From NCBI GenBank assembly GCA_964396475.1, contig CAYNFE010000003.1:26588-90587 (forward strand): a DNA stretch of 64,000 bases, in the 5' to 3' direction. This stretch comes from Candidatus Woesearchaeota archaeon. Lineage in GTDB: Archaea > Nanobdellota > Nanobdellia > Pacearchaeales > UBA284. How positions within the stretch are numbered: position 1 is the first letter of the stretch; each line of letters opens with the position of its first letter. The translations under genes were made by a program, and so were the position numbers. Shown one piece after another: positions 9,435 to 17,974 of this stretch. Below the pieces are notes generated by a model. That model had not been told where the DNA came from. It saw nothing but the letters and a program-made list of their open reading frames with translations, and did no database searches.

Positions 9435-11300
9435 CTATCCTAGATTGACTTGAACTTCACTTATATCTATCAAACCATAAATATCTCCTAAGTCAAGTAG
9501 ATTTTTTGGAACATCATACGAAGGAGCATTTACAATAATTTTTGAGGCTCCACTTAACTCAGATTCTGTAATATAAAATTCACTCTTGCCTCCACCAAAC
9601 ACAACATTAGTTAAGGTTTCTTTTGGGACATCCATCTCAAAGCACTGTTCTTGCATTGCACCAAAAACTCCCGAAATTCCCGCGACAGGAACATCTATAC
9701 ATTTCTCAACTCTCTGAGCATCTAGTGTAATTGAAGATTCTTTATACAGATAAACTGAAACATTATAGATTCCTTCAACAAGAGTAATTTCTTTTTGTTC
9801 AGGATAATATAAACTAACACTATGATCATCTGAAGTGAATGTAACACTTGCATACTCTCCTGAACCCAATCCCTGAACTTCTAGATCAAGAATATGCTCT
9901 GGTCTCAAGAATATGTTAGCTATGAAAGATTCTATTCCTGGCACTTGCAATTTTGAAACAGCATAGCCAGGAGATTCAGCAACTAAAAACCCATTATAAC
10001 ACTGAGGCACTTTTGTAGTCAGTATGGCTTGTCCTCCTTCTATAATAGTATTTCCAACACTACAGACCTGATTAAAGCACTTATAACCAATATCTGCTTC
10101 TAGTGGTCTGGTATTTTCATCATAAGTAAAGATAGTAACTTCTTGAGTCTTATACTGACAAAGATCAAAGATAATCTCTTCAGTTTCGCCAGCACTCATA
10201 TTTCTCACACTATTCTTGTCTATTATCACTAGAACAGGAAACTGGAATAGTTCCTCATTTTTAATGACCTGAACAAGCACAGGGAATTTAATATCATAGA
10301 CAAAATGATAAGGAACATAACAAAAACCAACAGAACCAAGAAAATTAAGTCCTGGCTGATTCCCTATAGGTTCAGCTTTCATCAATCCATCATCTGAAGG
10401 CCAGACCTCAAAAACATGAGGCATATCTCTAGAATACAAGAAATAAATTTGTTCATCAATGCTCTCTCCAATATCAACTTCAAAATATTTATGCTCTTCT
10501 TTACTTAAAGTGTAATAAGTTCCAGAAACTTTGACAGCACCAATATTTCCCTCTAAAGCACTATTAATCTCTTCCCTGACATCTGAAACAAGCCAGGTTT
10601 TAGGAGCACAACTTAAATCTATACCTGTAACAGGAGCATACAAACGCAAGGCATCTAAAGCATAATTTTCTAAAAATAATTGTTCTTGTTCAGCCTCAAA
10701 AATAATACTGGCACTATCATACAACTGACCAAAACTGCTTTCAGTACTTATTTTATGCTCAGATATTCTTGAACTTACATCTCCAAAAGTTATTGTAAAA
10801 GGCCATCTGACAGTTGTTTCAATATAATTACCATGAATAATAACATCTACATCTGGACTTCCTTCAATTACAATATCATAACCCTGGTCACTAAAACTAC
10901 TAAGCTCACAATCCTGGATTCTATCTTCAAGATAATCTGAAATTTCTTTCTCAACATTTCTCAGACTTGGTCTCTGTTCTCTCACAATATTATTTCCAGA
11001 AACATAAAACCAGTAAGGAACCTGCAACCCAAGGAAACTGAGCTGAGAGGAAAAAGGCATAAACTCAGAGCCAGGCTCAAATTCAGGAATCTCAATATAA
11101 CCCCCTTGCATTCCAGCTATCCTAGAAGCATCCTTGACATGCTCACTAACACACTCAATAAAATAACTCTCTACTGGCTGGATTTCAGAAGGAATAGCCA
11201 AGGGTTTTCTAAAAATAAAAAAATAAGAGAAGAGAGCTGCAGCTACTACGACTATAGCAATTATTATAAAAATAGTAACTTGTGCTTTCTTATGCTGCAT
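9435..11300 (-). CDS. Large extracellular protein with a class III (prepilin-like) signal peptide, function unknown
   Basis: N-terminus MQHKKAQVTIFIIIAIVVVAAALF is the same KKAQ plus hydrophobic-helix pattern as the pilin-like genes at 30688 and 31149. It ends 16 nt upstream of the giant gene on the same strand. SD-like GGAGAGG precedes the ATG. Confidence 0.75.
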   Translation of the reverse strand: MQHKKAQVTIFIIIAIVVVAAALFSYFFIFRKPLAIPSEIQPVESYFIECVSEHVKDASRIAGMQGGYIEIPEFEPGSEFMPFSSQLSFLGLQVPYWFYVSGNNIVREQRPSLRNVEKEISDYLEDRIQDCELSSFSDQGYDIVIEGSPDVDVIIHGNYIETTVRWPFTITFGDVSSRISEHKISTESSFGQLYDSASIIFEAEQEQLFLENYALDALRLYAPVTGIDLSCAPKTWLVSDVREEINSALEGNIGAVKVSGTYYTLSKEEHKYFEVDIGESIDEQIYFLYSRDMPHVFEVWPSDDGLMKAEPIGNQPGLNFLGSVGFCYVPYHFVYDIKFPVLVQVIKNEELFQFPVLVIIDKNSVRNMSAGETEEIIFDLCQYKTQEVTIFTYDENTRPLEADIGYKCFNQVCSVGNTIIEGGQAILTTKVPQCYNGFLVAESPGYAVSKLQVPGIESFIANIFLRPEHILDLEVQGLGSGEYASVTFTSDDHSVSLYYPEQKEITLVEGIYNVSVYLYKESSITLDAQRVEKCIDVPVAGISGVFGAMQEQCFEMDVPKETLTNVVFGGGKSEFYITESELSGASKIIVNAPSYDVPKNLLDLGDIYGLIDISEVQVNLG

Positions 11301-11358
11301 TTAAGGCGCGCCTCTCCTCTTTTTAGCTCTCTTCTCTTTTTGAAAAAAGGAAAAAGTC

Positions 11359-11367
11359 TATATAAAT
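11359..11367 (-). promoter_or_regulatory. Candidate TATA box for the 621-aa/giant-protein operon
   Basis: The reverse strand reads ATTTATATA about 60 nt upstream of the ATG at 11300. No other gene lies between. Confidence 0.3.
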
Positions 11368-11411
11368 CTTACTTTATGTTTTTCTTTTTTCTGTTTTTTC
11401 TGCTTATATTA

Positions 11412-11753
11412 TCAGAACTTAAAAGACTTTGCAAATCCACCAATAACTGGCAGAGGTTTTCTCTTGTCTGTCAATGAATTCACTATACCTACAACTATTA
11501 ACAAAACTATAAGCAACCAAATAATTGCCCAAAAAAATCCACCTATGAAAGGTACAAAAAAGAAAATTCCTGTAAATATCACTGCGATAACCCATAATAT
11601 CATTTCTGTTATAAATAGAACTAGTCCCTGCTTAGCATGATAGATACTGAAATCACTTCTCTCTTTCTTTGTTGCTAAGACAATCACTACACCAATTATT
11701 GAAATCAAATAACAAAGAAATGCAAATATCTTCTCTTCCTCTTTTTTTGCCAT
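11412..11753 (-). CDS. Small membrane protein, DUF4870-like
   Basis: FAFLCYLISIIGVVIVLATKKERSDFSIYHAKQGLVLF matches the conserved DUF4870 pattern. Three predicted TM helices. Confidence 0.6.
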   Translation of the reverse strand: MAKKEEEKIFAFLCYLISIIGVVIVLATKKERSDFSIYHAKQGLVLFITEMILWVIAVIFTGIFFFVPFIGGFFWAIIWLLIVLLIVVGIVNSLTDKRKPLPVIGGFAKSFKF

Positions 11754-11795
11754 ATTTTCTCAAATTTTTTACATTATTTAAATTCTATGCTATGA

Positions 11796-11868
11796 TGGGC
11801 CTGCCAGGGATCGAACCTGGGATCTTTGCCACGTCAAGGCAACGTCATAACCACTAGACCACAGGCCC
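11796..11868 (-). tRNA. tRNA-Val (anticodon GAC)
   Basis: The reverse complement is GGGCCTGTGGTCTAGTGGTTATGACGTTGCCTTGACGTGGCAAAGATCCCAGGTTCGATCCCTGGCAGGCCCA. Anticodon loop TTGACGT. Confidence 0.9.
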
Positions 11869-11909
11869 AAACATAAGTGTAAAAACAAAGAAATTAGAAT
11901 TTAAAAAGA

Positions 11910-12476
11910 TTACATTCTGTCCATCTTTACCATAGCTATATCGTAGATAGTATCGCTATTATCTGTATCTGCTGGTTTGATTCTTAGAGTGCTTTTTCCA
12001 TACTCCTTGACTAAAGGGGTAGAGGTAAAAAAATGAAAATTATATTTCTGATTACCTAAAGAAAATATTTTAGAATTATATGCTGTTTCCTTCCCCGGGA
12101 TATTACATAATATATCTATAATTTTTATATGTTCTTTATTTTTTAATTCATTTATTTTTAAACCACAACTTCTACCAACAAAATAAAAATCATTACCTGT
12201 ATTAAACCAATAAAAATTATAATGCAACTCTTCTAAATTTATACTGGTTTGTTTACAAAAAGGTATGATAATACTATTAAAAAGAAATTCTTCTTTAGGA
12301 ATTATCTCTATGTTTGAGGACTCTGTTCTAAAAATTAACTTATTTTCAAGAACACATGTGCTTAGACTAGGGGAAATTGATGATGACTCTACTTCTTTTT
12401 TTTCATAACGGTATTTATTTAATTCTCTATCTAAAATACTAATTTGAATATCACTTTTATTTTTACGATTTGACAT
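11910..12476 (-). CDS. Hypothetical protein
   Basis: ORF with the ATG at 12474-12476 abutting the stop of the upstream gene. I recognise no motif. Confidence 0.5.
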   Translation of the reverse strand: MSNRKNKSDIQISILDRELNKYRYEKKEVESSSISPSLSTCVLENKLIFRTESSNIEIIPKEEFLFNSIIIPFCKQTSINLEELHYNFYWFNTGNDFYFVGRSCGLKINELKNKEHIKIIDILCNIPGKETAYNSKIFSLGNQKYNFHFFTSTPLVKEYGKSTLRIKPADTDNSDTIYDIAMVKMDRM

Positions 12477-12477
12477 C

Positions 12478-12870
12478 TTATTCTCCAAAAACAAAACCAA
12501 CTCCTGCTGAAGCCTCACTTTCAGTTTCTTCAATTTTCTTTTTTACTTTTTCAAATTTCTCTCCCTCTAAAACTTTAGCACCGTTATCTAAAAGAATTTT
12601 CTCATTTCTCTTAAAGAAATCCTCATCAGCATTAATATAAAGATAGGTTTCTTTTTCTTCAAAACCAAGGGCTTTTCCATCTCTTAGAATATAACCTGTC
12701 CTCTTGAATTCATTAATTTTCCACTCTTTTGCTTTCTCAATCTTAGTTCCTTTCTTTCCATCTTCTTTTTCAATTTCAACATCAAGTTCTCCAGTAGCTT
12801 TTTCAGGAGCTTCAATAATATTTTTCACTTTTTGTAATTTATCTGATGATATTTCATAAATTTTTATCAT
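12478..12870 (-). CDS. Acidic hypothetical protein with a ribosomal-stalk-like C-terminal tail
   Basis: 130 aa and K/E-rich. The C-terminus EETESEASAGVGFVFGE resembles the aP1/P0 tail (compare [10 protein letters not shown] at 47207-47491). Confidence 0.55.
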   Translation of the reverse strand: MIKIYEISSDKLQKVKNIIEAPEKATGELDVEIEKEDGKKGTKIEKAKEWKINEFKRTGYILRDGKALGFEEKETYLYINADEDFFKRNEKILLDNGAKVLEGEKFEKVKKKIEETESEASAGVGFVFGE

Positions 12871-12949
12871 ACTAAAATTGAAAAGGAAAACCTATTTAAA
12901 CATTATGCTGAATAAATACATATAAGGCTAAGAGAGTTAATATAATAAG

Positions 12950-13324
12950 ATGAAGCTAAGGGAAACAATAAATGGAAGTATAGAGCAATTAAAAGAAATA
13001 GATTGGGAACTTGTTCAGAATAATAAAAACTGTGCCAGCATGTATAAAATTTCAGAAGAAACAAATCTAGAAGGATTTTGTCAGATAGAAAAAAGAAACA
13101 ATTCTTATAATATTTCTTTAATTATAAAAGATCCTTCAGGAAAAATAATATGCCATATAGAAAATAAAAATAAAATAGATAAAGAATCTAAAGCAGCAAG
13201 ATTTTTTAAGAGATTTGCTGCTGGTGAAGGAGAATGTTATTTATCTAGAGAAACTAATGATCCTTTAGTTAAAGCAGTTTATGATAAATATAAAAAATTA
13301 AAAAAACAAAATACAAAAAAGTAA
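12950..13324 (+). CDS. Hypothetical protein
   Basis: 124-aa ORF with an ATG start and a Lys-rich C-terminus. No recognisable motif. Confidence 0.45.
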   Translation: MKLRETINGSIEQLKEIDWELVQNNKNCASMYKISEETNLEGFCQIEKRNNSYNISLIIKDPSGKIICHIENKNKIDKESKAARFFKRFAAGEGECYLSRETNDPLVKAVYDKYKKLKKQNTKK

Positions 13325-13344
13325 ATTCAGATATTTCTTTTTGA

Positions 13345-13923
13345 TTATAAATAAATTCCTGTTGTAACGCAAGTATTTCCTTTACATACTGTTCCTATTC
13401 CTGCTCTTTTAGGCCACTGACATGATTCAGCCTTAAACCATGCACCATATAAGATAAACTCTTCAAATTCTTCATCTGAAAACCAATCTTCAAAAACATT
13501 GTCTGCTATTTTCTGATTGTCTAAAGATGCTATGGCTTCTGTAATTGTCGTCTTGTTTTGAACATATAACTGAAGACCCATACACATTTTTCTATGACGT
13601 AAATCAGCATCAGAAAGCATCATTATTATCTTGGCTTCAGACAAAAATTCCCCGCTATCTAAAACTTTTTGACTGACATCTCTAGCAATTACACTATATT
13701 CAGGATCAAGTTCTAAATCTACAAATCCTGCTTCAGTTCTTTTCTCATTTACTTTGTCATGCACTAGCTGCTCTATCTGTCCTGAATCTATACCCGCTGG
13801 TAACTCTACTTCTTGTTCAGGCATTTCTGTTTCATTTGTTTCTTCTGCTTCTTTTACACAACCTACACCAATTACCAAGAACAAAACCAATACAAGACAT
13901 AAAATTAAAATTATATTTTTCAT
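13345..13923 (-). CDS. Secreted or lipoprotein-like protein with a possible CAP/SCP (YkwD-like) domain
   Basis: Signal peptide MKNIILILCLVLVLFLVIGVGC. LVHDKVNEKRTEAGFVDLELDPEYSVIARDVSQKV resembles the N-terminal CAP-domain motif. The ATG at 13923 is preferred over the TTG at 13944. Confidence 0.5.
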   Translation of the reverse strand: MKNIILILCLVLVLFLVIGVGCVKEAEETNETEMPEQEVELPAGIDSGQIEQLVHDKVNEKRTEAGFVDLELDPEYSVIARDVSQKVLDSGEFLSEAKIIMMLSDADLRHRKMCMGLQLYVQNKTTITEAIASLDNQKIADNVFEDWFSDEEFEEFILYGAWFKAESCQWPKRAGIGTVCKGNTCVTTGIYL

Positions 13924-13962
13924 GATATATTGAATAATTATCAATTTTTAATCTTTTCCAAA

Positions 13963-14035
13963 AGCCTCAGGAGGGATCCGAACCCTCGACCTACGGTTTA
14001 CAAGACCGCCGCTCTACCAACTGAGCTACTGAGGC
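13963..14035 (-). tRNA. tRNA-Thr (anticodon TGT)
   Basis: The reverse complement is GCCTCAGTAGCTCAGTTGGTAGAGCGGCGGTCTTGTAAACCGTAGGTCGAGGGTTCGGATCCCTCCTGAGGCT. Anticodon loop CTTGTAA. Confidence 0.9.
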
Positions 14036-14071
14036 ATGATAATACAAAAGAAGAATGGTTTTTTAAGCTTT

Positions 14072-14602
14072 TTATTTGTTTTTCTCTATCTTAACTATTC
14101 TTAATTCACATACTGCTAGAGGATATGTCTTTTTTAATTTCTTAGATAATGCTTTTTGTAAGGTTGCATTTATTATTGATTGAAATATATCTTCTCTATT
14201 TTTATCTGCTAGTTCTCTTGTTATAAACTCCTTTGCTTTGATTCTCAGGGCCTTTCTTACAGACCTATGAACTCTCTTTCTTGTTACAAGGAAAGGTTTG
14301 ACTCTCATATAATTATCTTTAGTCTTACATACAAAAGAATCTTCAACTATAGATATATTATGACCAATTAAACGTTTTATGTAAGATGGATTAATTTTGA
14401 ATTGATACATCTCCCCTATAAGCTCACCATTCTCATTCTTAACAATAAATCTAGCTTCACATTTTTTTCCTCTTAATATTTTTGTCAAGTCAAATTTTAT
14501 TGTCCTTCCTTCTAAATCTTCTGATTTGAAAGTAAAGAGAGGAATTATAGTGTTAAAAATTTCAAGCTTCACATCAAAATATTTTTTCTTTAATACAACC
14601 AT
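14072..14602 (-). CDS. rps3ae: 30S ribosomal protein S3Ae (eS1)
   Basis: 176 aa. YFDVKLE..., LEGRTIKFDLT and RVKPFLVTRKRVHRSVRKALR are typical S3Ae blocks. Confidence 0.9.
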   Translation of the reverse strand: MVVLKKKYFDVKLEIFNTIIPLFTFKSEDLEGRTIKFDLTKILRGKKCEARFIVKNENGELIGEMYQFKINPSYIKRLIGHNISIVEDSFVCKTKDNYMRVKPFLVTRKRVHRSVRKALRIKAKEFITRELADKNREDIFQSIINATLQKALSKKLKKTYPLAVCELRIVKIEKNK

Positions 14603-14613
14603 TTTATTCTTTT

Positions 14614-14931
14614 TTATTTCTCCTTAAATTGAACTCTTGATGTTCTTTTACCTTTTTTCTGAATACTGCTTTTTCCACATATCTTACATTTAAACACTAG
14701 ATTTGTTTTTTTTGTTGATTTTGTTTTTCTCTTCCATTTTCCTACAGCCGGCTTACTTCCCCATTTGCCAAGATTCCCCATACCTCTTCCTAATCCTCTT
14801 TTTTTGGCTCTTTCCATAGATCCCCTTTTTAATGCTGATCTTTGATGCCCTGCTTTAACCTGAGTAATCTTATGTTCTGTATGTTTTTTACACTTTGGAC
14901 AATATCTTTTCTTTGTTTTTGGGAATTTCAT
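14614..14931 (-). CDS. rpl44e: 50S ribosomal protein L44e (eL42)
   Basis: MKFPKTKKRYCPKCKKHTEHKITQVKAG ... CKICGKS is the four-Cys zinc-ribbon layout of L44e. Confidence 0.92.
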   Translation of the reverse strand: MKFPKTKKRYCPKCKKHTEHKITQVKAGHQRSALKRGSMERAKKRGLGRGMGNLGKWGSKPAVGKWKRKTKSTKKTNLVFKCKICGKSSIQKKGKRTSRVQFKEK

Positions 14932-14942
14932 TTTTTTCTTTT

Positions 14943-15518
14943 TTATTTAGCGTCTATCATCATAGCCTTTCCATCATTCAAGAGAATCTCGGCAATCTCT
15001 TGAGCCAGATTAACAACTTCTCCTGATTTAAAAGGCCCTAATTCTGTACCATCTCCAGCGAGAAATGCTGGTACCTCTTCTTTAAACCTAATGAGAACAT
15101 TTTTTAAATCTTTCTTCTCTTCATTTATTTTTCCATTCAATTTTTCACTAACCACTTTTTGATTTTGTTCAAGTCTCTTGACAACTATCTCAAAAAGCTC
15201 TTTCTCATGCTCTAGTAAATTTTCAGTATCTCTTTTACTTATTCCAGTGAGGGCAGCAGTAAAAGCCAGATTCAAAACTTTTCTTTCTCTAATAGCAATT
15301 ATTTCTTTGATAATCGAAAGGGTATTATCTAACTGCTTCCTCGTCATTCTTACAGTATCTGAAAATAATTCACTATCTTTCTGTTCTCTATTTACTATAT
15401 CTTTCTTTTCAGTAAGATAAGAAGCTACTTCCCTTAGAAATTTTTTAGGGAGCTGTTGCAGAGCTTCATTATACTTTTCCTTTCTCAATATATCATAAAT
15501 ATCTTGGTAAGTTATCAT
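14943..15518 (-). CDS. GINS subunit (Gins51/Gins15-like) replication factor
   Basis: N-terminus YQDIYDILRKEKYNEALQQLPKKFLREVASYLTEKK and the later IRERKVLNLA match the archaeal GINS51 pattern. About 190 aa. Confidence 0.55.
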   Translation of the reverse strand: MITYQDIYDILRKEKYNEALQQLPKKFLREVASYLTEKKDIVNREQKDSELFSDTVRMTRKQLDNTLSIIKEIIAIRERKVLNLAFTAALTGISKRDTENLLEHEKELFEIVVKRLEQNQKVVSEKLNGKINEEKKDLKNVLIRFKEEVPAFLAGDGTELGPFKSGEVVNLAQEIAEILLNDGKAMMIDAK

Positions 15519-15591
15519 TTGACCCTTAGCTTATGATTATGATGATAGTAATAAGGAATTTAAAAATGTTCTTGAACTAAAATTCAATAAT

Positions 15592-16176
15592 TCAGCATTT
15601 GACAGTATATTCAAAATAATCATCATAAGGTATCTCAAGTTTCATCATCTTTTTAATAGAAAATCTCTCAAAATATCTTCTAAAAGGCCTCATTGAATTG
15701 CCATGGGCTGAAAGGGCAATATTAACATTATTCTTCTTTATGAATTTTAACATATCTTTTATGAAACTATTAACTCTTTTCTCTACCATCTTAATACTCT
15801 CACCTCTTAGAGGAGGTATATCATATGACCTATGGAATATATCAAATTTCTTTTTACCATATTTCTCAATGAATTTTTTATGGCTATGTCCTTGAAGTCT
15901 GCCATAACTTCTTTCGATAATCCTATCATCTTTAATCTTAGTCTTACATTCTGAATGATATTTTAGAACCTCTTTCAATGTATCTTTAGATCTTGATAAT
16001 CTAGTATAATAAGCTGCCTCTATCTTTTTATTTTTCAATTTCTTGGCAATAATCTTTGCTTGTTTGATGCCAAGGGGAGTTAATTTTGAATCTTTCCATC
16101 CAGTAAACCATTTATTTTTGTTATAGTAGGTTTGTCCATGTCTAAAAATATAAATCTTACAAGTCCTCTTTTTCAT
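15592..16176 (-). CDS. Histidine phosphatase / 2,3-bisphosphoglycerate-dependent phosphoglycerate mutase family
   Basis: IYIFRHGQTYYNKNKWFTGWKDSKLTPLG (RHG motif) and SAHGNSMRP. The ATG at 16176 is preferred over the GTG at 16215. Confidence 0.8.
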   Translation of the reverse strand: MKKRTCKIYIFRHGQTYYNKNKWFTGWKDSKLTPLGIKQAKIIAKKLKNKKIEAAYYTRLSRSKDTLKEVLKYHSECKTKIKDDRIIERSYGRLQGHSHKKFIEKYGKKKFDIFHRSYDIPPLRGESIKMVEKRVNSFIKDMLKFIKKNNVNIALSAHGNSMRPFRRYFERFSIKKMMKLEIPYDDYFEYTVKC

Positions 16177-16226
16177 ACTTTTTTTAATAAAGTAACATTT
16201 ATTAATATTTCTCACCTCTCCGCTTT

Positions 16227-17294
16227 ATGTTCGGTTTCCTTAAGAAAAAAATCAAAGAAGTATTTGGAAAGACAGAGAAAGAGTTAGAAAAGGAAGGTAA
16301 GAAAGAGGAAAAGGAATTGAAAGAAGAAATTAAAGAAATAGAAAAAAAGGAAAAAGAAGTAGAAAAACAAAAGCCAGAAAAAAAGGAAGTAGAGAAACTT
16401 GAGGAAAAGAAAGAGAATCTTCTTACAAAATTAATGAAGATAGCTAAAGTTGCTAAAATTAAGGAAGAAAATTTTGACAAATTTTTCTCAGAACTAGAAA
16501 CAGTGCTTATAGAAAATAATGTGGCTATGGAAGCTATAGAGTTTCTAAAGAAACAATTAAAAGAAGAGCTTATTGGTAAGGAAATCAAAAGAAGAGAGCT
16601 TGAGAAAGAAATTGAAAATGCTTTAAAAAAATCTATAAATGATTTGCTTATAGAACCTTTTGACCTTGTCGAGAAAATAAAAGAAAAAGTGAAGAAAGAA
16701 AAACCCTATACAATTGTATTTTTTGGTATTAATGGATCAGGAAAGACAACAACCATAGCAAAAATCTCTCATCTTCTAAAGAAAAATAATTTAAGTTCTG
16801 TATTAGCTGCAAGCGACACTTTCAGAGCTGCTAGCATAGAACAATTAGAAAAACATGGGGAAAAATTAGGTGTTAAAGTTATCAAGCATAAATATGGTTC
16901 TGATCCTGCTGCAATCGCCTTTGATGCAATTGCCCATGCAAAAGCTAAAGGAATAGATGCTGTTCTTGTAGATACAGCTGGAAGAATTCATGTCAAGGCT
17001 GATTTGATGAGGGAAATGGAAAAAATTTGCAGAGTGAACAAGCCAGACTTGAAAGTTTTTGTAGGAGAGGCTATTGTTGGTAATGATGCAATCGAACAAG
17101 CTAAAGCTTTTCACGAAGCTATAGGAATTGATGCTATAATTTTAACAAAAGCTGATGTTGATGAAAAAGGAGGAGCAATGATTTCTGTCAGCTATGTAAC
17201 AAAAAAACCAATAATTTTCCTTGGAATCGGCCAAGAATATAAAGATTTAAAGAAATTTGAAAAAGAAGATTTGATAAAAAGTATTTTTAGTTAA
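16227..17294 (+). CDS. ftsY: Signal recognition particle receptor FtsY
   Basis: K/E-rich N-terminus followed by an NG domain: FFGINGSGKTTTIAKI, DTAGR, TKADVDEKGG. Confidence 0.93.
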   Translation: MFGFLKKKIKEVFGKTEKELEKEGKKEEKELKEEIKEIEKKEKEVEKQKPEKKEVEKLEEKKENLLTKLMKIAKVAKIKEENFDKFFSELETVLIENNVAMEAIEFLKKQLKEELIGKEIKRRELEKEIENALKKSINDLLIEPFDLVEKIKEKVKKEKPYTIVFFGINGSGKTTTIAKISHLLKKNNLSSVLAASDTFRAASIEQLEKHGEKLGVKVIKHKYGSDPAAIAFDAIAHAKAKGIDAVLVDTAGRIHVKADLMREMEKICRVNKPDLKVFVGEAIVGNDAIEQAKAFHEAIGIDAIILTKADVDEKGGAMISVSYVTKKPIIFLGIGQEYKDLKKFEKEDLIKSIFS

Positions 17295-17974
17295 ACAATT
17301 ATTCCATCTCTTAACTTTATTGTTTTGTTTGCTCTTCTTGCTATATCTTGGTCATGTGTTATCACTATTACAGTTGCTTTTTCTCTTAATTTCACTAGCA
17401 ATTTCATGATTTCATCTCCTGATTTTGTATCAAGATTTCCAGTTGGTTCATCAGCCATGATAATCTCAGGATCATTGCTCATGGCGCGGGCTATTGCTAC
17501 TCTCTGTTGCTCTCCTCCTGAAAGTTGATTAGGATAATGGTCAGCTCTTTCATTAAGTCCAACCACTTTTAGCAATTCTAGAGATTTTTTTCTTCTTTCT
17601 ATTAGGGAAATACCTGATATTGTTAAAGGAAGTTCAACATTTTCTACTGCTGTAAGCAAGGGATGTAAATTAAAGAACTGAAAAACAAAACCTATTTTTT
17701 TTAATCTCAGTTTTGCAAGTTGTATTTCAGTTAATCTAGAAACATCATGTCCATCAAAGTAAATCTTTCCTCTTGTTGGTTTGTCAAGAAGTCCTATTAG
17801 ATGAAGTAAAGTTGATTTTCCACAACCACTAGGACCAATTATTACTGTCATTTTATTTCTAGGAATACTAAATGTGACACCATTTACTGCTTTTACAATC
17901 ACACCATCGAGATAATAGTGCTTTACTAAATTTTTTGTATGAACTATTTCTTTATCTTTTTTCATTTTATTCAT
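17291..17974 (-). CDS. ABC transporter ATP-binding protein (MacB/LolD-type)
   Basis: Walker A GPSGCGKST, signature LSGGEQQRVAIARA, Walker B IIMADEPT. Confidence 0.92.
   Translation of the reverse strand: MNKMKKDKEIVHTKNLVKHYYLDGVIVKAVNGVTFSIPRNKMTVIIGPSGCGKSTLLHLIGLLDKPTRGKIYFDGHDVSRLTEIQLAKLRLKKIGFVFQFFNLHPLLTAVENVELPLTISGISLIERRKKSLELLKVVGLNERADHYPNQLSGGEQQRVAIARAMSNDPEIIMADEPTGNLDTKSGDEIMKLLVKLREKATVIVITHDQDIARRANKTIKLRDGIIV

Noticed and set aside
11305-11312. An isolated GGCGCGCC palindrome in AT-rich DNA just upstream of the 621-aa gene start.
   Set aside because: It is a single occurrence contiguous with the SD-like GGAGAGG. It is most simply part of the ribosome-binding region, and nothing indicates a regulatory role.
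11869-13962. Four small, mostly unrecognisable genes bracketed by tRNA-Val and tRNA-Thr might be an integrated element.
   Set aside because: There is no integrase. I saw no duplicated tRNA 3'-end (att-like) sequence at the far boundary and no visible compositional change. The tRNA orientation gives no clear target-site logic.
15539-15545. A C-box-like ATGATGA in the 15519-15591 spacer might indicate a box C/D sRNA.
   Set aside because: There is no CTGA D box at the appropriate distance on either strand, and no terminal stem.
16202-16588. A 128-aa reverse-strand ORF rich in S/F.
   Set aside because: It lies entirely antisense to the K/E-rich N-terminal region of ftsY. Its low-complexity product is a mirror image of the GAA/AAG-rich coding strand.
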